NCBI RefSeq assembly: GCF_023055435.1
Contig: NW_025963890.1
Span: forward strand, 25,048,001-25,112,000
Direction: 5' to 3'
Origin: Haliotis rufescens
Lineage: Eukaryota
DNA length: 64,000 bases
Within the stretch, counting starts at the first letter, position 1; each line of letters starts with the position of its first letter. Below are positions 1 through 13,700 of this stretch, one piece after another. The notes below the pieces were generated by a model. The model ran no database searches. It saw only the letters and a list, made by a program, of their open reading frames with translations, and was not told the DNA's origin. Position numbers and translations under genes: made by a program.

Positions 1-1171
1 CGTGTACCATGCATTGTAAATATCAGCTCGCGACGGAGCTTGGTGAACGAGCACCAGCGGCAGAGAACGCATTGCGTCACGCAAGGTTGACAGACTGTAT
101 AAATACAGTTTATAAAGCGTTCTGGTTTATTTTTCAAATATTTACCACCAGAGAATGTTTTGTCAAAGTAGGGATGTGTTTTGTCAAAGTAGGGATGTGT
201 TTTAAGTAGGAGAATATCGTCGTAACTTGCCATTCCTTAAAATAATGGGGCTTATCTTGAAGTTGTTTTCTTCTCCGTTTAGTGGGAAACAATATGATTC
301 ATGCCAATATTTTTTTAAGTGCAGATGTTTAGTATTGTAACTGGAACATGTGTACATATATATGCTTCTGGTGCAGATTTGTTCAAATTGTACAATGCAT
401 ATATTATCACCCACCCAAACAGTTTTGACGGGGATATAGAAACAGGACCTGTCTATTCATGTTACGCTTCTGGAGCAAAACTTGTAAACTGTTCAATATT
501 TCCTCACAGAACTTGGTGTACCCACCAGGCAGGCACTGGAGTGGACTGGACTGGTGCCTTTTGCTTTTCAGGAATTCTGGAAATTCATACTTTTCGCATT
601 TCACAAGTCAGCATAGGTTCAAAGGAGGGTAGGGTTCGTTGCCTCCTGGTATTAAGGCATTTTTAAATATTTGCTGTTCTGTCTTTCCAAGGCGACACAT
701 GTTGGACTTCTCTTCAAATGAGTGTTTTCTTTTGAGGAGCATAACTCATAAACCTTCAAATAATTCTTTATGAAACTTTGGGTTAAAATAGTTCCCCACC
801 AAAGATGGAGTGGTTGGGCAAATGAGAATCATTTATTCTACCACAGTATTTTTATATATTTTCTGATTGTGATTTTGGGCCCCAGACAGCCTAATCAGAT
901 AAATGTTTTATGGTAAAACATAACTTCATTTTGCAACTTCTGGCAATTTAGACAAGGCAACATGGATATATTGCAAACATCTAATGATCTCAGCAGGAGG
1001 CTGGTGCTGCTGCACTAATATTTCTGTGGATGCCAAGGGCCTTTTGTTGGTGCCAAGTACGAGGGTTGACTCAAAAGTCCTGATCATGGCATCGAATGAA
1101 TTGCATAATAGTGAAATCTCTTGTTGTGACCATTACATGTCACACAGGTATACCCACACAAAAATGGAGTC

Positions 1172-2178
1172 AAACTACAAAGTGTTTTTACTCGTAAAAA
1201 CATATGTCTCCCCCCCACTCCCCTAACCCCCATTCATTCGTCTACTTCACGTTAAACCCCATCTCTTCATTCCCACCCTCCATTACTAAATAACAGAGAC
1301 AAAAATAGAACTCCTAGAAATTTCAAACAACTTATGGGCACCACTTCAGTGCTGGGTTAATGTGTATACAAAGTGTCGCGAAAAAATATTAAACGGTTTC
1401 TGAGTTATGGTCAGGAAACAAAGCTTACCCCCATTCAGAGTCTATGTTCAAGTTATCTCCATGGAAACGAGAAAAAATAAAAATGTCAAAAATCTCTAAA
1501 TAGCAAAAGGCACCACTTCAGTGCTGGGTTAATGTGTATACAAAGTTTCGCGAAAAAATATTAAACGGTTTCCGAGTTATGGTCCGGAAACCAAGCTTAC
1601 CCCCATTCAGAGTCTATGTTCAAGTTATCTCCATGGAAACGAGAAAAAATAAAAATGTCAAAAATCTCTAAATAGCAAAAGGCACCACTTCAGTGCTGGG
1701 TTAATGTGTATACAAAGTTTCGCGAAAAAATATTAAACGGTTTCTGAGTTATGGTCCGGAAACCAAGCTTACCCCCATTCAGAGCCTATGTTCAACTTAT
1801 CTCCATGGAAACGGGAAAAAATAAAAAGGTCAAAAATCTCTAAATAGCAAAAGGCACCACTTCAGTGCTGGGTTAATGTGTATACAAAGTTTCGCGAAAA
1901 AATATTAAACGGTTTCTGAGTTATGGTCCGGAAACCAAGCTTACCCCCATTCAGAGTCTATGTTCAAGTTATCTCCATGGAAACGAGAAAAAATAAAAAT
2001 GTCAAAAATCTCTAAATAGCAAAAGGCACCACTTCAGTGCTGGGTTAATGTGTATACAAAGTTTCGCGAAAAATATTAAACGGTTTCTGAGTTATGGTCC
2101 GGAAACGGTGGGAACGCCGACGCCGACGGGAACCGTGCCAAAAACAATATGTCTCCCTCCATTCTGGGGGAGACATAA
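1172..2178 (+). mobile_element. Helentron-associated non-autonomous element (HINE-like) with a 172-bp core tandem array
   Basis: Sub-terminal ATGTCTCCCC near 1204; about 4.5 x 172-bp units (1337, 1509, 1681, 1853, 2025); short GACG-like repeat; 3' hairpin ATGTCTCCCTCC-attct-GGGGGAGACAT. Confidence 0.6.
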
Positions 2179-2227
2179 TGAGCAAATTGATCACTGTGAA
2201 ACCTCTGAATGACTGCTAACTGGTTCT

Positions 2228-2460
2228 GTGAGCACTTCCCAGGAGAGACTACATTCTATTATCACAAAACCTTTGGGAATGAAGAAAGTATCTGCTCGTT
2301 TGGTTCCAAAGCTTCTTACATCTGATAAAAACACCCACACCAGAATAATCTACCAGTTTGAAGCTGATCAACAACCAAAACTGTGGAAGCGTTTGACATT
2401 ATCGCCACCAAAGAAGTCAAGAATGTCCTATCCGCTGGAAAGGTTATGGCCTCCATGGCC
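2228..2460 (+). mobile_element. Degenerate mariner transposase fragment
   Basis: LGMKKVSARLVPKLLTSD matches the WVPKLL region of the mariner at 49 kb. Confidence 0.7.
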
Positions 2461-4586
2461 TAGACAGCCAATAGAAGGATTTCTACTAAAGTGGGATAAA
2501 ATCCCTCCGACATTGTTGACAAAAGTGTTTCAATGTGGATGGGGATTATAATGAAAAATATAAAATATAAATATATAAGTATATATATATAATATATAAA
2601 TATAAAGGTGCAGTCATCCAAATCAAGTCAATTTGCTGTGCTAGTTGTGCCCCACAGGTGTGCTAGGAGGGTCCAATGATGAGTTCAAATTCCAGGTTCT
2701 CCCTGATGGTTATCTGGGGGTTTCAGCACCATACTTATGCTTGTATGATCTCACTATAATGGTAAATGTTGAAGACCTGCATCACTGTGGGCCGTCCTCA
2801 CACATTAAAATGACTCCTGAAGTGAAACCCTGTTCAAAGCAGCCTTTATCCAACGCCAACTTACGACAGATGGATGAATGGTAGTGTACGATGACAACAG
2901 CTCACATGAACCTGGTGAGGTAAAACAAAAACCAAACACACGTTGATTTATAAACCCTTTATTTCCCCTAACATATAATTTCCCATGACAAATGTGCAAC
3001 ATTTACTATGCTGTACAATAATACCAAGGTGGACTTGTGTCTAAAGTATTTTGAAACATTTTCTGATACCTGGGTATGTGGAACTTAACAGAAAGAACAC
3101 ACATATTTTGAAATTAGTTGCAAATCTGTTATTTCAATTAGTTGATCTGTGTTAGTTAAATAAGCACTCTATTATGTCTCGTGTGAAAACATGAAGACAC
3201 ATTAATAGTGAGAAAATCATTATCTATGCAGGAAACAATTTCTGAAATCAGTTTGATGTTTGTAGCATGCTGGTGTCTCCCTTGACAGTCCAACACCATC
3301 TAGGGGGATCCTACACAATGTATTGAGGGTTGTCGTCCACATACATAAACATTCAATTGTCTTACACAATACAATACTACAGAATAATATTACATATTAC
3401 CAAAGAAAATAATCACAGGCTGTTAAAGCAGCAAATTCCAACCACCAGTACCATAAATCCTCAAATCAAGGTCCTTGATGCTTTCTTTTGAGGATGGCTT
3501 TTTTTTAAGTTCCCAGTAGTGGCATCCCAAACGGCATGGAAAGTGTGAAAGTGGATTATTTGAATTCATCACTAATTAGTTCGGTGAAGATCTTTTCTGG
3601 GGATTTAGGGTAATTTGGCAGATGCTAATTAAAGAATAAATTGTAAGAATTACTGTGCAATTTGCTATGTACAGTTAAATGAGAAAAAACAAAACATAAT
3701 CTCAGCTCACAAAGCATGTGTGCAAGAGTCACATAATGAAAGACATGTACAGTGTTAGTATTATCAAACAGGGAACTGTTTCTCAAATCAGATCTTAAGA
3801 GAAAATAAAATAGCAAAAAAAAGCATCACATCGTTTCAGTAACACTGCCAAAACATTTGTCAGTGAAGACATTCCTACATCAATGGAATGAAGCTAGCCC
3901 AGGTATCCCTCGAATTAAATATACAACCATTTACACGGAGAACACAGTCAACAAAACTGACAGATTACATTACTTGAAAACACTTCATCATTCATTCAGT
4001 TGACATTTCAATGTTCTCTGAAACCAAATTCTGTAGGACACTTTGAACATAGAGCTCAGCGCAAAATCAGGATTGGGTTAAGTCATAACTCACTGGATTT
4101 CTTTTTACAGACACAAGACAGTATCTACTTGTGAATTCTCAAGCATGTGTGTTATCAACTGTGATCTCCTAGAATCAGGACTGAATGAATAATATTATAT
4201 CATAAATCATCCAAATTTGATATCAATCTTATGAAATCACTTAACCATCAATCCAGTTATTCCATCACCATTTTGTATTATATGAAAATAAGTCAATTGT
4301 GAAATGTTCCTTAAGACAAATATCCAAAATGTAACCACTGTCTCAAGTGTACCAGATACCATTGTTAATTGTGACAGTTCAGCCATTGTGTACACTAATA
4401 CCCCAATGTTATACATCCCCGACATATATGATAATGTTGATGATGAAGATGGTGGCGTTGCTCGTTATATATCTCCTGATGTATCCAGAATGAACACAGA
4501 TATCAACAGTTAGTGCAAGGAAGAGGATGGTGTTGTATTTCACTCTCAACATGATGCATTCCATGTCAACGCCAGTTTGATGAAGC

Positions 4587-4721
4587 CTATATCCTCTCTA
4601 CACGTATCTTTATTGGGAGGGGGCTGGCCTCTACCCGGTCCTGGGGGTGGAGGACCTGGATGCCTTTCCCCTGCTTCACCATCTCCCTAAGATACTCCAG
4701 GTCCCCGTTGATGCTCAACTT
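4587..4721 (-). CDS. TMEM59: TMEM59 exon 6 (cytoplasmic tail, stop)
   Basis: KLSINGDLEYLREMVKQGKGIQVLHPQDRVEASPLPIKIRVERI*. Confidence 0.9.
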   Translation of the reverse strand, partial: KLSINGDLEYLREMVKQGKGIQVLHPQDRVEASPLPIKIRVERI

Positions 4722-7700
4722 CTGCAACATACATCAACATGGCAGGAGATGGACTCTGAATGAACACAGTGCAGGGAATGCGATAGACTTCCCACCAAAG
4801 CTTGGTGTTAATTGCAGTACCTGATATGACTGTTCCCTTGGCTTATCAATACCTTACTCTCTGCTGCCATGACAGATTATCATTAAAGTACATGGTTTAC
4901 ATAATTTGGGGACCCATGGCTAAGAATAATACCCCTGAAGATCCGGGTTAGCATAGGTCTTCAGCAATCCATATTTGCCGTAAGAGGCGACTAACGGGAT
5001 CGGGTGGTCAGGCTCACTGACTTGATTGATACATCAAAGCTCATGATGTCAATCACTGGATTGTCTGGTCCAGACTTGATTATTTACAGACCATCTTCAT
5101 AAATAGTTGGAATACTGCTAAGTGCAGCATTCAGCAACAAACAAACAACATAATTTTGGATCCCAAAAGATGCATAAACCTTGCAAACATGCTTTGTAAT
5201 TGATTTACAGGCTCCTAAGTTGAAGCTGCTACATACCTGGGTGTGTATCCTGTGTTCTGGGGCTGTGACAGCTGCTGTAAGACACAGCCAGATCATTACA
5301 ATGGCACAGAACAGAATCAGCAGACAGAGAAGGAGTCGTGGAATGCCAGTCTTCCTGGCAATACAGGTCAGCCAGTCTGAGTTGACATTGCGGTCATCTG
5401 ACATCAAGCCCAGGCTGTCCTCAAAACTACGGGCAGATCTCAGCTGGGAGTGCTTTAGGTTGGGCGTGGCAGCATTATCAATGGGCTCGATGTTCATCTC
5501 CAGATAGTTAGCCGTCTTGTCATCAGAGTTCATTCCCTTGTAATCTGAAAGAAGCAACACCTGGTGTTACTATTCTGTGAATTCTACAAGATTAGTCTCA
5601 TAAGATATGTTTCAGTGAGTGACCAGTATTCCAGTTCTACCAAGGCGAGTCAGCTTGATGTGGGAGGAAAGCCTGAAGTGATGCAGGTATTAGAAAGTTT
5701 ACCATGAGCACGGGTATGGTGCTGACAAACCTAGAAACATAATAGGGATGAACCGGGATTCAAATCCACAATCATAGGTTTCTGGCGTGTACAAGGGATG
5801 ACAACTCTACACAGCGAATTGTGGTGCCTTAGATATGTTGCAGTCAGTTAACTACTGTATTCAATAGCAATGAGCACATCACTGAAAAGCCCAATGATAA
5901 AGACATACATGTTCTCTTGTCATTAATAAACCTTTAGAACCGTGAAGGTCTGGGTCAGAATTGATCTTCAGCAACCCATATATGTCGTAAGAGGTGACTA
6001 TCGGGATCGGGTGGTCAGGCTCGCTGATTTGGTGGATGCATGTTTACTATTCCAGTCGTTAAACCCGTAACTATCGTTCGGAATACCGCATGTTAATGTT
6101 TTCGATGCTGCATTATCAGAATTCACATTCTGAACGTCACTTTTATGATCCGGTAAGTGACGCTCTGATTGGTCAGATGAAAGGTCGTTCTGACGTGACC
6201 CCTAATGGGATGTCCTCAGATCTTTCTTTGGCGGCAGCGAGAACTAAGATCTGATTTTAATGAGATTGGGCCCAGACTTGATAATTTACAGACTGCCATC
6301 ATATAGCTGGGATATTGCTGAGAGCGATGAAAAAACAACAAACAAACAAACAAACAAAAAACATTTCATAGTGGCCATAATATGAGAGATGGTTATTGTG
6401 ATTTGTAACCAACCAGAATCAAGTATTTTCCAAACTCATGGTAGCAAATATGTTTAGAACTGGGAGAATACAGTATTTATGCCCTTCACTGACAATCAGC
6501 ATCTCTCAGCATCAGCTGTGGAGCAACTATCAGTTACACTGACCATCGAGATCCTGTGCATCATTGAACTCTGTGTAGAACTGAGGCTGGGATTTGATGA
6601 CCACCAGCTTGCCGTTGTCGGCCTCCATGTAGAGTGACCAGCTGACCGTCATGCTGTGGTAGGCCTTTTCTATCATGTTGCTGTACAGACTGTGCACGTA
6701 CATCAGGGGGTACAGCAGGTGGATGCTGGGCTCCTCACTCTCAAGCTGCAACAAACAACACTAACCTGAGACAGTGCTCTGCTCCTGTATGGGTCACCCG
6801 CTATAATAATGGTCAACACCAGAACATATACTTACAGAAATAGTAACTGAGTCATGGTATAATGTGTAACACATATGTCCTTGTTGAACATGTCGATGAT
6901 AAAAAAAAAAATTATTTTACTTATTAATGACAATGAAAATACATAGGTTATCTCCCTTTCACAGTCTCATCATTGGTGCCGACATTGTCAGACAACAACA
7001 GAAAAGCCAATTAAGTATGACTTGATTTTAACTGTGGATCAACATTTCCAAATGTGTCTATGCATAAGCATTATATCTGTAATGTAGGTGTGTTTATAAT
7101 ATCAACACTTTCAGGGACAATGTTTTGTGCTACCGATTTGCAATAAAAACATTGACATTTACAATATCATTAAACAACAAAACTTGGTTAATGCCTCTAC
7201 TAATATGTGTAGAAGAACATAAACTCAAAAAGCATTTATATGATGTTGTAGGTCATTATAGATGCGAAGTTTACACGAAACTGGTCAAACAAGTCATGAC
7301 ATACGCCCATGTGACTATCAGTCAACTGAGCAAAACAGCTGTCTTTTTGTTGCCTTTTGAAATTTATTTCTCATCTTACAGAAGCATAAAATTTTGAGCA
7401 CATAGGAAAATAATAATTTCTGATCAGTACCTGACTATGAAACAGACCAAACAAAACAATCCATGCATTCTGAATGTAAATATTCACCACTGGGCTTGTC
7501 CAGGGAAGCTATAAATGCCAGAATAATTAGTTTGCCTTTTTGTGGACATTTGGCCTACAAGTGATCAATGTACAGGACTGTGCAGTCGTAACCTACTTCC
7601 TTACACCATGTATGTGAGTTGAGTTGAGTAATCAATACACTGATATTGATCAAGCCCTCACTCCAGGCATGCAGACTTCATCATGCTCACTGTGTTATGT

Positions 7701-10700
7701 ATCATGACACTCATCATACCTGGTGTCTTCTGGCAGCGAATGGTGTCTGACTTCTACATCCCAGAGCACAGGCATTATAGTCCGCCTCCGCGGGGTAGGA
7801 TTCCTTGCAGCCTGTACAACACACAGCAGCAGCATCATCAACACTCAGCAGCAGCATCAACAAGCAGCTTCACATACCATAGCCCACTTACAACAATTGC
7901 CTGCCTGATATTCACCAGACATATCTTTACTAATAACAAAACTACCAGAGCAAAACATATAAGACTATTTTCAGGGACAATCTAGCTGTCAGTAACCTAC
8001 TCCAAACAACATTTACATCTGCACAGGATTCATCCATGAACATGCAGAAAAGTAAACAGAAACAAAGAATTGCAACTTGATCATGAATCACTTGAGCTTA
8101 CGTACTCAACATGGTAGCTCATAGCAGAGGTTCACTGAGCAATTATTCCATCTGTAATTTGGTACTGACATATTCCTACTTGTGCAGGGCTTACTAATTC
8201 TTCTTTACCCTACCCGGAATACAGCCAGCCTACCCGGAATACAGCCAACCAGCCTACCCGGAATACAGCCAGCCTACCCGGAATACAGCCAGCCTACCCG
8301 GAATACAGCCAGCCTACCAGGAACACATCGAGCCAACCCAGATACATCCCAACTACCCAGATACATCCCAACTACCCAGATACATCCCAACTACCCAGAT
8401 ACATCCCAACTACCCAGAATACATCCCAACTACCCAGATACATCCCAACTACCCAGAATACATCCCAACTACCCAGAATACATCCCAACTACCCAGAATA
8501 CATCCCAACTACCCAGAATACATCCCAACTACCCAGAATACATCCCAACTACCCAGAATACATCCCAACTACCCAGAATACATCCCAACTACCCAGAATA
8601 CATCCCAACTACCCAGATACATCCCAACTACCCAGAATACATCCCAACTACCCAAATACATCCCAACTACCCAGAATACATCCCAACTACCCAGAATACA
8701 TCCCAACTACCCAGAATACATCCCAACTACCCAGAATACATCCCAACTACCCAGATACATCCATCCTGGGGGGGCACGGGTGGCCCAGTCGTCTAAGGCG
8801 CCGCAATTCGCTGTGCAGAGTTGCGTCCCTTGGACACTCCAGAAACCTATCATTGTGGGTTCGAATCCCTGTTCGCCCCGATTATGTTTCTAGGTTTGTC
8901 AGCACCATACCCGTGCTCGTGGGTTTCACCGAAATGGTAAATGTCTGAGACCTGCATCACTTCGGGCTTTCCTCCCACATTAAGCTGACACGCCGCAATA
9001 TAACTGGAATACTGTTAAAAGCGGTGTTAAACTCAACTCACTCACTCACATCCATCCTACCTGGAATAAATCCAGCCTACTCAGAATACATCCAGCCTTC
9101 CCAGAATACACACTGAAATTATCATCTTCTTATTTTGATGTGACTATGCTTGCAAGAATGAATTGACTTACATCCCATACATTCCTTCTGTGTGGTGTTG
9201 ACCTCCTCGCCTCCATTGACGAACTCCATGATGGAGTAGAAGCGGCACCCCCTCCTGCAGCACTCATGGTGGTTGCCCTGCTGACAGAGATTACAACAGT
9301 AACTACATACACAATAAAAAATATCACAAATCATGCACAACATTTTGTAAGGTCATTTTGTGTCCAGGGCATATATATGACAAGGATACAATGAATACAT
9401 GATTTGGTTGAGATTAGAGAGCAGTAAAATAGCCAACTAAGCCCTTCTGAATCCTCTGTTGACATTCATTAACATTGCTAAATAACCAGATGTGCCTACT
9501 TTATCTACAGCAAGTGTAGCAACTTCACAAACAAATACGTCAGTTTACTGCATAAGAAAGCTTAGACTTCCTATCTGTAGAACTTTCTGATGTCATACTA
9601 GTGGTGGGTAGAACAAAACATTTACAGAGGTTGCTTCATATTCTCTCAGGGTGTCAGTTTGAATAATGCTAACAAGACATCTGCCTACATGTTTACATGT
9701 CAGGTCTCAGTGAAGTGGTTCAAGTATTACGGTGAAAATTAGAGAGAGGGTACGTAAAGCAAAATTATATGCAGATTAAAACTGCCCTTCAATGAATCGT
9801 GAATTTGCCCATTAGCCTACAGAGAATATTAGGTTCAACCAATGTCACATCACTAATCATATCCTCTGTAACCAAGTAGTTCCAATTTGTTTTGTCACTG
9901 TGTCATGATAGAAAGAAGATAAACCAACTGTGTTTCATTTTCAGGCTTTGACCTTTGCTTCCATACCTGTAAATATTTCAATTTCAAAACTTCATGCTAT
10001 TGTGTTGTTGCGAATGAAATTTAGGGGTTCGAATCCGTGTTTGAAACCCAAACATTGATACCACAGTATGTTTATTTTCTGACTGTTTTACAGCTCTTTA
10101 CTCCATAAATAAGCATTGGTTAGTCAAGACACAAACATACTACATTGGTCATGTTTGTGAATCTGAATATACTTTTTTCCATGATATTGAGTAGGTCGTT
10201 TGCTCAATAGACATGTTAACCAGCCATCACCCTGCCATCTGATGGAAAAGAGATTACTTCCTTCTTCAGAGGAGGAGATGTGAGATGTTCCCACTGTTTT
10301 CACTGTTGTTTGATATCTGGCATATAGGGGTGAAGGCTTCACCGTGAAGCCAAGAGTCATCAATAGTTACAAACTGCTCAACAAGCTCTGCTGGGTCCAC
10401 TTCAAAATGACATAAATACTCACAAAAGGACCAGTGAAGACCCTGGTCGAAATAGGTCTTCAGCAACCCATGCTTGCAGTAAACGGCGACTATGCTTGTC
10501 GTAAGAGGCAACTAATGGGATCGGGAGGTCTGTCTCGCTGACTTGGTTGATGCATGTCATAGTATCCCAATTTTGTGGCTTGATGCTCATGATGTCAATT
10601 ACTGGATTGGCTGGTCCAGACTCGATTATATACAGACCGCCGTCATATAGCTGGAATATTGCTGAGTGCGGCGTTAAACAAACAAACAAACCAACCTCAC

Positions 10701-13700
10701 AAGAGATGATGAACCTGGATTTTTCTAATCAGGAGTGAGAAGCCCTGGAAACAAGCTAGCTGGAAGTTCTGTCATGCCCTGTTCATTCCTCACAATGTTA
10801 CCAACTCTGTCTCATCATGAGAGATTTCAATTGTATTGTCTATGTGACGTGTGATGAGTCATAATCATATCGTGTAGTTTATCAACATTTCTCGTGGTGG
10901 AAAGTCTTTCTGATCTTGCCCTTTCATCGTTATCCTTTGTGGTATCGGTTGAAGGTCTTCCAGATTGATTTTTTTTAAATCTAAAAATGTATTTATTACA
11001 TTTCCCATCATATTTTACATCTCAATGTCATACATAAAGTGTGCATGGAGTAGTTGTTACATTTATCATAATTATTATACATCATAGTTTATACAGGGTT
11101 TCTAAATAACAGATGTAAAGACCAGGAGGCATGGGTGCATGCATAATATGAACATGCAATAAATTTTGTAAAATCTAAATATTTCTTTTTCAATTAGTAA
11201 ATAAATTGGTTTTACTTTTCTGTTAAACGTGTGAAGCACAGATTTTGTTACCATAACTGCATTGAGTGAATTGTTATTTTTATGAACTTAAATTACCTCT
11301 TGCCTTGTGTATAGTTTCCAAGCCAATCTGAACGTTTCTTCCATATATCAGCAACATACATAATGTGGCAATGTACATAATGTAATAAGTGATTTTTTCA
11401 GGTGGTTCATTACATAGTGAACAAACTGGTGATTCAACATATCCTAATGTAAATAAATAACACTTTGTACTTAAAATATTATTTATAACATTAAACAGAA
11501 ACCATCTGGATTCAGTATTTTGTGAAACCTTTTTGCCATAAGGTTAAAGTTTAACAACTCTATATCTACAGGTTTACTGTTTTTCAAAACAATCTTCCCA
11601 TTTACTGTAACACTTTACACTATAAATTAATAAATGTAGGGTTTAATACGGCTTTATAAAATAGATCACTTCCCTTCTTATTGTTTAGTTTTGATTCATT
11701 ATATGGCAGTATAGGCCTTTGGCAGACTTTAGCACAATGTTTTATATTGTTATTCTGTAAATATCAGGACACTAATAGTTTTACTCCTGGAAAGAACAAA
11801 ATGTCTGTCTTCAAACTGGATTTTGGAACAAATTCAACAAAATCAAATAATTTCCCTGTCGTGAATGAAGTAATTTATATATGCTATACCCTTATGCTGC
11901 CTGGTTGTGTTTTTGGTTCAAATGCAGTCAGTAAGCATGGACAGTATTGTATTATAAAAAGCTTCACATGTGTACACATATCACAGTCTCAGCTGCCGTG
12001 TGCTATATCTATAAATAACTAGGTTGTAGATGGAAAATGGTATCTTATCACTAAATCTCAACATCTGTTTGCTTACAGCGTGGTTCAGTCAAGCAACACC
12101 TGGTTTCAATTTCAACCTTCAATGGCTAGACCATAAACCGTGAGGTCACCAGTTCTTCAATGGCTAGACCTAAGCTGTGAAGCTATCAGTTCATGGAGCC
12201 TATGTCATATGATGTCCGATGGCTAGACCATAAACCGTGAGGTCACCAGTTCATGGAGCCTATGTCATATGATCAATGGCTAGACCTAAGCTGTGAAGCT
12301 ATCAGTTCATGGAGCCTATGTCATATGATGTCCAATGGCTAAACCTTAAGCTGTGAAGCTATCAGTTCATGGAGCCTATGGCATATGATGTCCAATGGCT
12401 AAACCTTAAGCTGTGAAGCTATCAGTTCATGGAGCCTATGTCATATGATGTCCAATGGCTAAACCTTAAGCTGTGAGGTCACCAGTTCATGGAGCCTATG
12501 TCATATGATCTTCAATGGCTAGACCTAAGCTGTGAAGCTATCAGTTCATGGAGCCTATGTCATATGATCAATGGCTAGACCTAAGCTGTGAAGCTATCAG
12601 TTCATGGAGCCTATGTCATATGATCAATGGCTAGACCTAAGCTGTGAAGCTATCAGTTCATGGAGCCTATGTCATATGATCAATGGCTAGACCTAAGCTG
12701 TGAAGCTATCAGTTCATGGAGCCTATGTCATATGATCAATGGCTAGACCTAAGCTGTGAAGCTATCAGTTCATGGAGCCTATGTCATATGATCAATGGCT
12801 AGACCTAAGCTGTGAAGCTATCAGTTCATGGAGCCTATGTCATATGATCAATGGCTAGACCTAAGCTGTGAAGCTATCAGTTCATGGAGCCTATGTCATA
12901 TGATGTCCAATGGCTAGACCTAAGCTGTGAAGCTATCAGTTCATGGAGCCTATGTCATATGATGTCCAATGGCTAAACCTTAAGCTGTGAAGCTATCAGT
13001 TCATGGAGCCTATGTCATATGATCGATGGCTAGACCTAAGCTGTGAAGCTATCAGTTCATGGAGCCTATGTCATATGATCAATGGCTAGACCTAAGCTGT
13101 GAAGCTATCAGTTCATGGAGCCTATGTCATATGATCAATGGCTAGACCTAAGCTGTGAAGCTATCAGTTCATGGAGCCTATGTCATATGATCAATGGCTA
13201 GACCTAAGCTGTGAAGCTATCAGTTCATGGAGCCTATGTCATATGATCAATGGCTAGACCTAAGCTGTGAAGCTATCAGTTCATGGAGCCTATGTCATAT
13301 GATGTCCAATGGCTAAACCTTAAGCTGTGAGGTCACCAGTTCATGGAGCCTATGTCATATGATCTTCAATGGCTAGACCTAAGCTGTGAAGCTATCAGTT
13401 CATGGAGCCTATGTCATATGATCAATGGCTAGACCTAAGCTGTGAAGCTATCAGTTCATGGAGCCTATGTCATATGATCAATGGCTAGACCTAAGCTGTG
13501 AAGCTATCAGTTCATGGAGCCTATGTCATATGATCAATGGCTAGACCTAAGCTGTGAAGCTATCAGTTCATGGAGCCTATGTCATATGATCAATGGCTAG
13601 ACCTAAGCTGTGAAGCTATCAGTTCATGGAGCCTATGTCATATGATCAATGGCTAGACCTAAACTGTGAAGCTATCAGTTCATGGAGCCTATGTCATATG

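Noticed and set aside
5181-5507. Plus-strand ORFs opposite TMEM59 exons (also 7683-7985 and 19170-19445)
   Set aside because: Antisense shadows of real coding exons.
8182-8796. 204-aa Pro/Thr-rich ORF
   Set aside because: Minisatellite translation, antisense within a TMEM59 intron.
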